Shown here in pieces: positions 30,274 to 39,857 of a stretch of DNA of 64,000 nt. Origin of the DNA: a bacterium (GTDB lineage Bacteria > UBA8248); the NCBI GenBank assembly GCA_965200245.1, contig CBDATS010000004.1, positions 800,001-864,000 on the forward strand, in the 5' to 3' direction. Position 1 is the stretch's first letter, and each line of letters begins with the position of its first letter. The translations under genes and the position numbers were made by a program. The notes under the pieces were generated by a model that was given only the letters and a program-made list of their open reading frames with translations, had not been told where the DNA came from and did no database searches.

Positions 30274-31137
30274 TCAGCCCTGATTGCCCGGATGCCGCTC
30301 TATCTTGACCTCGGTGGTGAGCTGCGAACCACCGTTTCCCCGGAACACGCCGCGGTTCGGGGGCACGTCCGCATAATCACGACCCACCGCCACGCGGATG
30401 TGGCGCTCGTCTCCCTCGGTATTGTTGGTAGGGTCGAAGCCCGTCCAGCCAATGACGGGAAACCAGCACTCCACCCACGCGTGGCTCTCGCCCATGGCCT
30501 TGCCTGAAGTTTCGGGACCGAGATAGCCCGACACGTAGCGGCACGGAATCCCCCAGCCACGCAAGATGGAGGCCATCACATGCGCGTAGTCCTGGCATAC
30601 GCCCTGCCCGGTCTCAAGTATTTCCTCGATGGGCGAGTCCACCCGGGTATTCCCCGGAATATAATCAAAAACGTCATAAAGCTTCGCGGAAAGCTCGCGC
30701 GTACTCACGAGAGGGTCGTCTCCCAACTCTATGCCGTGGGTTGCCACAAATGTCTCAAGCGCAGGACTCGGGTAAACGAAACTGCTCGGGTTCGCGAGCG
30801 GCCAGAGTTCGGACGTCCATGCGGCACTCCGAAGCGCCTTCCGTGTGCCGGGTTCGAGCCTGTCTGGAGGGGAGAAGAGTGGCCCCACCTCCACGCGCGA
30901 GCGCGCCTTGACCTCGAATCTCGCATGTGGACGGGGACGATCCAGAAAATGCGCGGTATTGCCAAACGGATCGGTGAACTCGAAGAGACGTCCCTCGGGA
31001 TCGGTCCGAACCGAAAACTCGTTCAGGGTCTGTTTGCGATCACGCAGCGGGCAGAGATAGAGCGTCATCACCGAGGCCTGCACGGGCATCTCGTATTCGA
31101 AACACATGACATGCTCGACCGTATAGCTCACTATCAT
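30274..31137 (-). CDS. Transglutaminase family protein (Bact_transglu_N + core)
   Basis: DPFGN, GVCQDYAH, RYVSGYL, SHAWVE, FDPTN, GRDYADVPP. Confidence 0.92.
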   Translation of the reverse strand: MIVSYTVEHVMCFEYEMPVQASVMTLYLCPLRDRKQTLNEFSVRTDPEGRLFEFTDPFGNTAHFLDRPRPHARFEVKARSRVEVGPLFSPPDRLEPGTRKALRSAAWTSELWPLANPSSFVYPSPALETFVATHGIELGDDPLVSTRELSAKLYDVFDYIPGNTRVDSPIEEILETGQGVCQDYAHVMASILRGWGIPCRYVSGYLGPETSGKAMGESHAWVECWFPVIGWTGFDPTNNTEGDERHIRVAVGRDYADVPPNRGVFRGNGGSQLTTEVKIERHPGNQG

Positions 31138-32108
31138 GCCGGAATCTCCTCGGCCAGTGAGCGGTTGACGTAGGCCGCCATTACCAATTCGTGGAGCGCG
31201 CGGGTATCGTTTCCTATCGCTTGGCAAAATGCGGCCGAATCAACCTCGGCCGATCCCGCCGCATCCATCTCGATAGCCGCCGTGAAGCGAAGCGCCATCC
31301 GGTGCGGCGGCGCAAGGGGGTAGCGCGCGCCAAGGGGGTCGATTCCAGCGAGCACCTCCTCTATCCGCTGCGCCGAGAAGCGAAGTGAACGTGGAAGATC
31401 GGGGTCGCGGGCCAAAAGGCCGAGCACGTTCTCTCTTTGGACCTTCATCGAATGGCGACGGCAGTAGATTTCATATGCACGACACACTCGAAGCAGATCT
31501 GCCCATGAGAGTGCGGAGACGTCCCGTCTCGCATGCGCAAACTCGACCCACGCCCCCAGAAGTGCGGCCTGGTGCTGCGCACGCTCGATGAAGCGACCCA
31601 ATTCCAGAAAGCGCCAGGCGTCGTCGCGCGGCATCGTCGAGTGCACCACGCCTGCGAAAAGCCGCATACGGTCGATGATTTCGAGCGCCAACCGTGCAGG
31701 TGACTGCTCCCATTGCGCGGCGAAATTCACCTCGCGCATCCAGAGATAACCCTGGTTCAGGCGCGTCCATATGGCAAGCGCAAGCTGTGCGCGTACGCGC
31801 TGGCCGCTCTCGCGTGCCTGGCGCCAGCAAGAGAGGATGGAGTCTGGATTCGCGCCTTCTTCCACGAGATTTCCCGCGAGAGTGTAGGCGTCTGGCATGA
31901 GATACACCTCGGGTTCTTCGGTGTCTGAAATCGTGCCGGGCGGCGGCTGGCCCAGTGCCCGGTATATCGCCGCCCACCCGACGGCCAGTTCATCTACGGA
32001 GCGATCGACGAGTCGGTTGAGCTGATATTCGAGAAGACGTGCTGTCTGCTCGACGCGCTCCGCGTAGCGGCCCATCCAGTAGAAATCGGCGGCGACCCTA
32101 GCCAGCAT
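31134..32108 (-). CDS. Alpha-E domain protein (DUF403)
   Basis: MLARVAADFYWMGRYAER, LGRFIERA and PRSL ER motifs. Confidence 0.92.
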   Translation of the reverse strand: MLARVAADFYWMGRYAERVEQTARLLEYQLNRLVDRSVDELAVGWAAIYRALGQPPPGTISDTEEPEVYLMPDAYTLAGNLVEEGANPDSILSCWRQARESGQRVRAQLALAIWTRLNQGYLWMREVNFAAQWEQSPARLALEIIDRMRLFAGVVHSTMPRDDAWRFLELGRFIERAQHQAALLGAWVEFAHARRDVSALSWADLLRVCRAYEIYCRRHSMKVQRENVLGLLARDPDLPRSLRFSAQRIEEVLAGIDPLGARYPLAPPHRMALRFTAAIEMDAAGSAEVDSAAFCQAIGNDTRALHELVMAAYVNRSLAEEIPA

Positions 32109-32288
32109 GATCCTTTTCCTTATTGTCAATCTCCGCTGGGCGGGTCCCTGTGCCCGCCCTGTATCCCAATCCCTAGTCCATTTACGCGCATTACTCGAAT
32201 TGAAACCAAGAGAGGCCACGGGAGACCTTCCCTACGGCACTGCTCTTCACTGATCGGCGCTCCCTCATCCCCCGACCGGGATCGATCG

Positions 32289-33776
32289 CTACGACTCCAG
32301 CACCCAGGTGTCCTTGCAGCCCCCACCCTGGCTCGAGTTCACAACGAGGCTGCCGCGCCTGAGCGCGACACGGCACAATCCGCCCGGAACCACAAATTGC
32401 TCATCGCGTCCCTGAAGCACGAAGGGGCGAAGATCCACATGGCGTGGTTTGATGCCTCCCTCGACGAAGCACGGCGAGCGCGACAGGGCGAGCGTGGGCT
32501 GGGAGATGAAGTTTGCCGGGTCGGCGCGTAGCCGCGCGGCGTATTCCTCACGCTCGGCTGCGGTGGAGTGCGGACCTATGAGCATCCCGTAGCCGCCCGA
32601 GCCGCCCACCTCCTTCACCACCAGTTCGTCGAGATGTTCCAGCGTGTAGGCCAGACCCTCGGGCTCGCGGCAAAGGTGCGTCTCCACATTGGAGAGAATC
32701 GGTTCCTCGTTCAAGAAGTAGCGGATAATCCTCGGCACGTAGGCGTAGATGCTCTTGTCGTCCGCGACGCCGGTCCCCGGCGCGTTGGCAAGCACGAGAT
32801 TTCCTGCGCGGTAGGCATGGAAAAGCCCCGCAGCACCCAGGAACGAATCGTCCCTGAACGTGACGGGATCGAGAAAATCATCGTCTACACGTCTGTAGAG
32901 CACATCGATGCGACGAAGCCCCGATGTCGTACGCGCATACAACCCTGCGTCGCGCACGAGCAGATCCTGCCCTTCGACCAGGTCGACGCCCATCTCGCCC
33001 GCGAGAAAAGCGTGCTCGTAGTAGGCGGAATTGTAAATACCGGGTGTGAGCACAGCTACGTTCGGCTCCTTCGACGAGTGGCCCAGGGAAACGAGTGTGG
33101 AATAAAGATGCTCGGCGTAGTCGGCCACCTCGCGGACGCGGTGCTCGCGGTAGAGCCTCGGCAGCACGTCCTTGATGGCGTTGCGGCAGGCGAGCATGTA
33201 GGAGACTCCCGAGGGGACGCGCAGGTTGTCTTCCAGGACGGCGAAGCCCTCGTAGGTGCGGACAATGTCCGTTCCGCAAACAGCGACATATACATCATGG
33301 GGAACTTTCAGACCGCGCATCTCCACGCGGTATTGTGGACAGCCGAGCACGACTTCGACGGGCACAATTCCCTCGCGCAGGCACCGGCCCTCGTGGTAGA
33401 CGTCTTTCAGGAACAGGTTGAGCGCCATCAAGCGCTGCTTGAGGCCTCGTTCGACATGATCCCACTCCGCCGCCGTGAGCAAGCGCGGCACGCAGTCTAT
33501 CGGGATGATCTGCTCGGTAGCCTCCTCGGCGTCAAGCACCGTGAAGGTGATGCCTTCATATAGAAAACGGCGGTAGACACCTTCCTGGAGTTTTTCCAGA
33601 TCCTCACGCGAGAGTTCGGCGAGCGCGGCTTTCAGCCGCCCGCTCGCTGCGCGCGCCTTACCGCCTGCGTCGAACATTTCGTCGAAGAAGTGCGAATCGA
33701 TATCGTATCCCGCGAAAGGATCCTCACCTCGTACCGTGGCGCCCCGCTTCGCCTCCGTGTTCATGCGCGTCTCCAT
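32289..33776 (-). CDS. Circularly permuted type 2 ATP-grasp protein
   Basis: EDNLRVPSGVSY, YRRVDDDFLDP, GSGGYG, PRHVDLRPF, VVNSSQGGGCKDTW. Confidence 0.93.
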   Translation of the reverse strand: METRMNTEAKRGATVRGEDPFAGYDIDSHFFDEMFDAGGKARAASGRLKAALAELSREDLEKLQEGVYRRFLYEGITFTVLDAEEATEQIIPIDCVPRLLTAAEWDHVERGLKQRLMALNLFLKDVYHEGRCLREGIVPVEVVLGCPQYRVEMRGLKVPHDVYVAVCGTDIVRTYEGFAVLEDNLRVPSGVSYMLACRNAIKDVLPRLYREHRVREVADYAEHLYSTLVSLGHSSKEPNVAVLTPGIYNSAYYEHAFLAGEMGVDLVEGQDLLVRDAGLYARTTSGLRRIDVLYRRVDDDFLDPVTFRDDSFLGAAGLFHAYRAGNLVLANAPGTGVADDKSIYAYVPRIIRYFLNEEPILSNVETHLCREPEGLAYTLEHLDELVVKEVGGSGGYGMLIGPHSTAAEREEYAARLRADPANFISQPTLALSRSPCFVEGGIKPRHVDLRPFVLQGRDEQFVVPGGLCRVALRRGSLVVNSSQGGGCKDTWVLES

Positions 33777-34467
33777 GCATTATCGAGTCACGGACAGGGT
33801 AACCACGTTCTGGACTTCGTTCAAGTTTACAGGGGAGGCCTGCATGGACAGGTTGCGATCTTGCCTCTACATCCAAAGCCTCAACTCCTCTCCTGATGCC
33901 CGGAAATGATTCCCAGGGGGAGTGATTTCGAATGTCCGTGTATTCCAGTAGCCGGGCAGGTCCTGTCCCTGCCCACGGATATATTCGCTCATGCCCTTGT
34001 TGACCCAATCGGCCAAGGCTGCGAGAGCCGGCGACGTAACGAAACGCGCATTCTCGCCTTCTAGGTTGTCTTCGGTAATCGCACGGACTCGCGCGGACGC
34101 AGTTCATATGTTGGCGGGAATCCCGTACCCGATAGTTTGGGCAAACGTTTCTCTCAAGCCGGTCGAGGGGCGTCACCGCTTGCCTCACCGCGTCCTTCAG
34201 CAGGCTCGTCGCCTCGCTGAGCAGAAGCAACTGCACCTCGTGGGCCTCTTCTGCGGAGGCGTTCGCATGCATGAAGGCGAAAGGACGCCCCTGTCGATTC
34301 ATCTCGGCACCAGAGGCTTTTGGTGAAACCTTCCATATGGTTGAACATTCGTTTCCCGGACGGCCGGGACCGAAACTTCCGGGGTCCGGCTCATTTTGAG
34401 TCGTGCGCTATGGCCTGACCGCCTCCATTCCGGCCAAAGAGGCCATACAAAACCTTGCCCGTATTTC

Positions 34468-35417
34468 TCAGTTTCGCGTTTTGGGATCCAGAGCGTCGCG
34501 CAGACCATCACCGAAAAGATTGAAACCGAGCACCGTCACCATGATCGCCAGTCCCGGCGCGACAACGTTGAACGGCCTTACGACGAGCGAAGTCAGGTTC
34601 TGCTTTAGGTCAAAACCCCATGAAGGCGTCGGTGGCTGGGAGCCCAGCCCCAGAAACGAGAGGTTCGCCTCGAGCAGGATGGCGAAAGCGATGGAGATGG
34701 TAGCCGAGACGATCAGCGGGGCGAGGCAGTTCGGCAAAACATGCAGGAAGAGCAGCCGGAAGTCCGAAGCCGAGACGCTTCGAGCGCCCTCGACGAATTC
34801 CTGCTCCTTGACGGCCAGAACGCTTCCCCGCACGACGCGCGCGAAGATGGGAATGCGCACGACGGCGAGCGCCAGTAACACGTTGGCCGTGCTCGGCCCG
34901 AGAATGACCATGATGACAATGACGAGCAAAAAGTGGGAAAGGCGAGGATGAGATCCATGAAACGCATCGATATCAGATCGAACCAACTCCCGTAATAGCC
35001 CGCGCAGACGCCGAGCGGGATACCCAGAAAGACCGCCAGCACGATGGATCCGAGACCCACGAAAAGTGTGACGCGAGTGCCATAGATGACGCGCGAGAAA
35101 ATGTCGCGGCCCAGCGGATCCGTTCCGAACGGAAATTTCAGTGAGGGCGGCATCAGGCCCGGCCCGGCTGGGTCCTGATACGAATTGGGGGCGATGACGT
35201 CAGCTGACATCGCGACCAGAACGAGGGCGACCACGATGACGAGCCCGGCGACGGCCGTCTTGCTCCTGCGCAGGCTACGCCAGAATAAAGACAGCATGCC
35301 CTGGTGATCGATTTCCTCGCCGTTTCGGGAAGGCGACTCGAAATTCGATGCGTGCTTCCCGTCATCCTGGCCAGCGGGTACGGCTACGGTCTCGCGCTGG
35401 TCAGGCTCAGTTCTCAT
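34468..35417 (-). pseudogene. Dipeptide/oligopeptide ABC permease (DppC-like), frameshifted
   Basis: FGTDPLGRDIFSR...LAFPTF, then LLVIVIM...EANLSFLGLG, GDGLRDALDP in another frame; one base missing in A5 run 34928-32. Confidence 0.85.
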
Positions 35418-36354
35418 AACGAATTCTCGGATTGAGATAGGCGTAGAGAACATCCACCGTCAGGTTTGCCAGCACGAAAATCGAGGAAGACACCAGAATA
35501 AAGCCCATCACGGCCGGGTAGTCCCTGCTCGAAATGGCGTTGATTCCATACTGCCCCAAACCGGGAATGGAAAATATCGTTTCGACGATGATGGTTCCTC
35601 CGACGAGGAAGCCCACCTGAAGGCCCATCACCGTGACCACGGGGATGAGGGCATTCTTGAGCGCATGCCTGAGAATTACGACGAACTCGACGGCCCCTTT
35701 CGAGCGGGCCGTGTTTACGTAGTCCTGTCCGATGACCTCGAGAATGCATCCACGGACGAGGCGGGTGAGGATGGCACCCCGGGTGAGTCCGAGGGTAAGT
35801 ATGGGCAGCGCCATGTGGGAGAGATGTTCGGTCGCGCCCGCCGACCAGGGTTTGTAGCCCTGCACCGGGAAAACGCCGAGACCCAGCGAAAAGAGCAACA
35901 CGAGTACGATTCCACCGAAGAATTCGGGCGTGGAAATACCCACCATCGCCCCGGTCATGGCGGTGTAGTCGCTCGGCGTGCAGGGGCGAACGGAGGAAAT
36001 GATTCCCGCCGGAAGCGCCACCATCAGTGCCACGATCATGGCCCCGAAGATGAGTTCAAGGCTCACGGGAAGATGTTCGAGTATCTGGTCCAGGACTGGC
36101 AGGCCCGAGAGGACTTCCTTTCCCCAGTCCCCCCAGACCAGCCGGCCGATCCAGAGCAGGTACTGAACATGGATAGGACGGTCGAGGCCGTAGTGGCTCC
36201 GCAGTGCCGTCGCGACATCCTCCTCGTAGAACTCGCCGAGATAGGCCTCAATGGGGTCGCCAGGTATCGACTGGATCGCCAGGAAGACCACCATTGTAAT
36301 TCCGAGCAGCGTCGGAATCAGCAACAACACCCGCCGGATGATGTACGCCCTCAT
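35407..36354 (-). CDS. Dipeptide/oligopeptide ABC permease (DppB-like)
   Basis: IPGDP, DYVNTARSKG (EAA loop), RHALKNALIP, ETIFSIPGLG, NPRIR. Confidence 0.92.
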   Translation of the reverse strand: MRAYIIRRVLLLIPTLLGITMVVFLAIQSIPGDPIEAYLGEFYEEDVATALRSHYGLDRPIHVQYLLWIGRLVWGDWGKEVLSGLPVLDQILEHLPVSLELIFGAMIVALMVALPAGIISSVRPCTPSDYTAMTGAMVGISTPEFFGGIVLVLLFSLGLGVFPVQGYKPWSAGATEHLSHMALPILTLGLTRGAILTRLVRGCILEVIGQDYVNTARSKGAVEFVVILRHALKNALIPVVTVMGLQVGFLVGGTIIVETIFSIPGLGQYGINAISSRDYPAVMGFILVSSSIFVLANLTVDVLYAYLNPRIRYEN

Positions 36355-36375
36355 AACTTCCCCATCCGCACCAGT

Positions 36376-37959
36376 TTAGCGATCAAGCCACACGGACGTG
36401 TAGTCGAGCATCATCTTGCCTAGATTCGTGAAGCCCTTCACGTCGGATCTCGTGGCCTGAAGAAAAGAGAAGCTCGCGATGTTCGGGTAATATCCCTGCG
36501 CCAGTATGTAGCGCTGGAGTTTGTGGCTGATGTCGATCTGTTTTCGCGGATCGATGGTGGAGCGCCAGAGATCGAGCAGCCGGTCCACCTCGAGGTCCTT
36601 CATGTTGTAGTAGTCGATCCCCGATTTCGAGTGAATGGTGTGCGAGTTGCTGTTCGCCGTGCGCGAGGAAAGCGTGTTTTGAAGTGTGATTTGAAGCTTT
36701 CTCTGACGCACGAAGGCACGGTTCCAGGTGGCGTAGTCCACGACGCGGATGTCCATGGAAACGCCAAGCTTGGCGAATTGCAGTTTGAGCGCCTGGGACA
36801 CCTCAATGTGGGCCGGGTCGGAGTTATTGGTGGTCAGAGTGAACTTGAGCGCTTTGCCACCCGGTCCTTAGCCGGCTTCCTTGAGCAGTGCCTTGGCCCT
36901 GGCGGAATCGTAAGGGCACTCGGCGGTGAGGTCGAGCGCGTCCTTCGCGCCCGCGGGCGAGTAGCTCACCCACGGCTTGGCGAGTCCGCGCAGGGCGGTC
37001 TTGACGATCTGGGCGCGGTCCACGCCGAAGCAGGAAAGCGCCCTTCGAACTCTCTTGTCCTTCCACGGATCCCGCTGGCCGTTGATCGGAAAGGCGTAGT
37101 TCATGGTCTGGGGACCGACGAGCACCTTCACCCCGGGCGTTTTTTTCGCCGTCGCGTACAGTGGAAGCGGAAGGTTGTTGATGATGTCTATCTCACCAGC
37201 GGCGAGGGCGTTCATCCGCTGGTTTGCGTCTGCCATGAAGTAGAACTCGATCCGATCGACGTAGGGCAGGCCCTTTCTGAAGTATCCCTTATGCCGCTCG
37301 GCGAAAAAGTGCCGATTGCGCTTCCATTCGACGAACTTGAACGGGCCGCTCATTACCGGGTGGCGCCTGAATTTCTCGATGTTCATGTCATAGGACTTGG
37401 GGGAAACCAACACGAACCGCGAGAAGGCCGCAGACATGGCGTCGAGCGTCATCGCCTTGCCGACATCGTTCTGGTGGATACTAACGGTGTATTTATCGAG
37501 TACTTCCACCTTGTTGATGTGGAAGAGGTAGCCGCGGAATATGTTGCGCCATTTGTATTTCGGGCTTTTCTTCTTCAGTTCCTTGACCCATGTCGGAACG
37601 ACCTTGCCGCTGATGATATCGAAATTCCATTTGACCGACGCCGCGTCGAGCGGCGTACCGTCGTGGTACGTGCCGCCCGGGTGAAGCTTGAAGGTGATGA
37701 CACGTCCATCATCGGAGACTGCCCAACTCTTCGCCGCGCCCCCGACAATGTTGAAGTTCTCATCGAGGCGCACCAAGCCGGACCCGATCGCCTCGCGATA
37801 CACCTTGCGCCCGAAACCGACTCCGAGCGGGTCCAGGTTGACGGCTTCTCCCTCAATGGCAACCTTCAGGGTGCCACCCCTCTTGGCCGCATCGGCATCG
37901 GTTACGGGGCTGGATACCAGGAACAGGATGGAAAGAACGGATATCAGTATTGGAAGCAT
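36376..37959 (-). pseudogene. ABC substrate-binding protein family 5 (DppA-like) with premature stop
   Basis: AGGAGG RBS, signal peptide, YHDGTPLDA, GPFKF. In-frame TAA at 36868-70 (KEAG*GPGG) and the same frame continues to 36376. Confidence 0.85.
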
Positions 37960-38116
37960 TGTGCCACCTCCTTTCAGGGTGTTGCTCAGGATGTTGCGAG
38001 CAATGTAAAAGTGAAATATCCTCCTCTCTACAACCCTTGTCGTTCTGGCTTGCACTACATCGTAAAACTGACGCGTGAGCGAAAATCGACTCCCGCAGGT
38101 CGTCTCCCCGTTCGCT

Positions 38117-39088
38117 TTACCCTTTCACCTTGTCCAGAATACCGGTCGCCTCCAGGTCCCTGCGGAACGCCTCCTTCTCCCGCTGCGTGAGGGGCACGAT
38201 GGGCGGACGCGGATCCCCCGAGGGCAGACCCAGAAGCCTCGTCCATTCCTTCAGGTACGCCGTCGTCCGTCCGTTCGGACCCGTCGTGAAGTACTTCCTC
38301 CGCACCGCGCGCAGCGGTTCCAGTGAATAGTTGATCTGCCACGCCCTCTCCGTCTCCCCCGACAGCGCCGCCTCGTAGTAGTCGCGGATCGGCGTGTAGC
38401 CCGGCACCTGGAACAGGTACGGAAGCGGCGAGGACATGTGCACCTGCATCCCAAGGTGCAGGAGACTCACCAGGAAGTGCTCCTCGTTCGGGTCGCACAC
38501 CACTATCTCCTCCCCCACGCGACGCCGCACCTCGCTCTGGTGCGCCATGCTGGGAACCGCGTTCTTGATGCAGCAGATGTTCTCCAGTTCGCAGAGCCGC
38601 TCGATCAGTTCGGGACTCAGCGTCGTCCCCGATTTCGGCTGGTTGAACAGCGACAGCCCGATGTCCACCTGCTCGCAGATCGTCCGGAAGTACAGGAATA
38701 TCTCCTCGTCGTCGTGCGCCCCGTACACCGGGTTGATCATGATCGCGTAGTCCGCACCCACCTCCTCGGCGCGCCTCGTCAGTTCCACCGCTTCCCGGAT
38801 GTTGATGTGCGGCGTGTGCGGTATCGTCTGCGCAACCCCACGGCTCTCCTCGCACACGATGTGCTGCACACGCCTGCGCTCCTCGGGAGAGAGCGACCAG
38901 AACTCCCCCATCAGGCCGTTGCAGAAAAACCCGTCGATCCGCAGGTCGTCGATGCAGGTCCGGACGAAGCGCCGCAGACCATCCTCGTCCAGCTCCCCCG
39001 CGGGCGTGAACGGCGTCGTCAGCGCCGCCCAGACGCCCCTCATGTGTTCCCGGCAGTACGCCTTCGCCTCGCCCTTCGTGTATTCCAT
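38117..39088 (-). CDS. Dihydrodipicolinate synthase family aldolase/lyase
   Basis: ALTTPF, NGLMGEFWSLS, FNQP, Schiff-base lysine in CIKN. Confidence 0.88.
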   Translation of the reverse strand: MEYTKGEAKAYCREHMRGVWAALTTPFTPAGELDEDGLRRFVRTCIDDLRIDGFFCNGLMGEFWSLSPEERRRVQHIVCEESRGVAQTIPHTPHINIREAVELTRRAEEVGADYAIMINPVYGAHDDEEIFLYFRTICEQVDIGLSLFNQPKSGTTLSPELIERLCELENICCIKNAVPSMAHQSEVRRRVGEEIVVCDPNEEHFLVSLLHLGMQVHMSSPLPYLFQVPGYTPIRDYYEAALSGETERAWQINYSLEPLRAVRRKYFTTGPNGRTTAYLKEWTRLLGLPSGDPRPPIVPLTQREKEAFRRDLEATGILDKVKG

Positions 39089-39149
39089 CTCCTCCCCCCA
39101 TAAGCAGTCGGTAACGAAATCCCCGGACAGACTCTCCCCCGCCCACTCC

Positions 39150-39577
39150 CTACCCGGCAGGAAGGCCCGTGATCCGAGAACTCATCTTGATGCGGTAGAT
39201 GTGGTTGTTCCCCGCTCCGTGCAGAAACGATATCACGTCGCGGAGGTATTTCTCGACCGGACAATCCCGCATGTAGCCCAGCCCCCCGTGCACCTCCAGA
39301 GAGAGCCGGCACACCTCGTACGCCGCTTCCGAGCACACCACCTTCGTCAGACACGACAGCTTCGGATCGTACTCCTCCGCGTAATCCACCGCCCAGGAGA
39401 CAGCACCAACGTGCGCAGGCCGAACCTGGAATTCTCCTCGACGATCTCGGTGGGGATACAATTGGTCGGATCCGGATCGCAGTCGAAATCGGCGACGACC
39501 GGTTGCACGTTTCGGTCGATGCAGTCGCGCGCGTACGTTTGAAATTCCTTTTGTTTCCTGCTCAAGGGAAATTCCAT
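39150..39577 (-). pseudogene. Acyl-CoA dehydrogenase with large internal deletion
   Basis: N-terminus MEFPLSRKQKEFQTYARD...GLRTL joined out of frame near 39400 to the C-terminal VHGGLGYMRDCPVEKYLRD; only ~430 bp remain. Confidence 0.85.
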
Positions 39578-39857
39578 CGTTCCTCCTTCCGACCAAATCC
39601 GCGAGAGAAGGTGAACAAGGGTCGCGCAGGTTTCCCGCCCAAGGCAGGTAAAGCGGGTAACGCCGGAACGATGCCGCCATTCATGAACGTGCTCAGTTGC
39701 GAATAATCCAACATCTACAATCGGTGGTTTGTTGTCAACCCGCTCGGTTCAGCCGATCTCCGGAGAAACGCGTACTCTCTCGTGCGATGCGTTCATCCGC
39801 TCCCCGGTGGCGTCGAATCCCCGATGCGGGTTGCAAACGCCGCAGGTGAGCGGTTCG

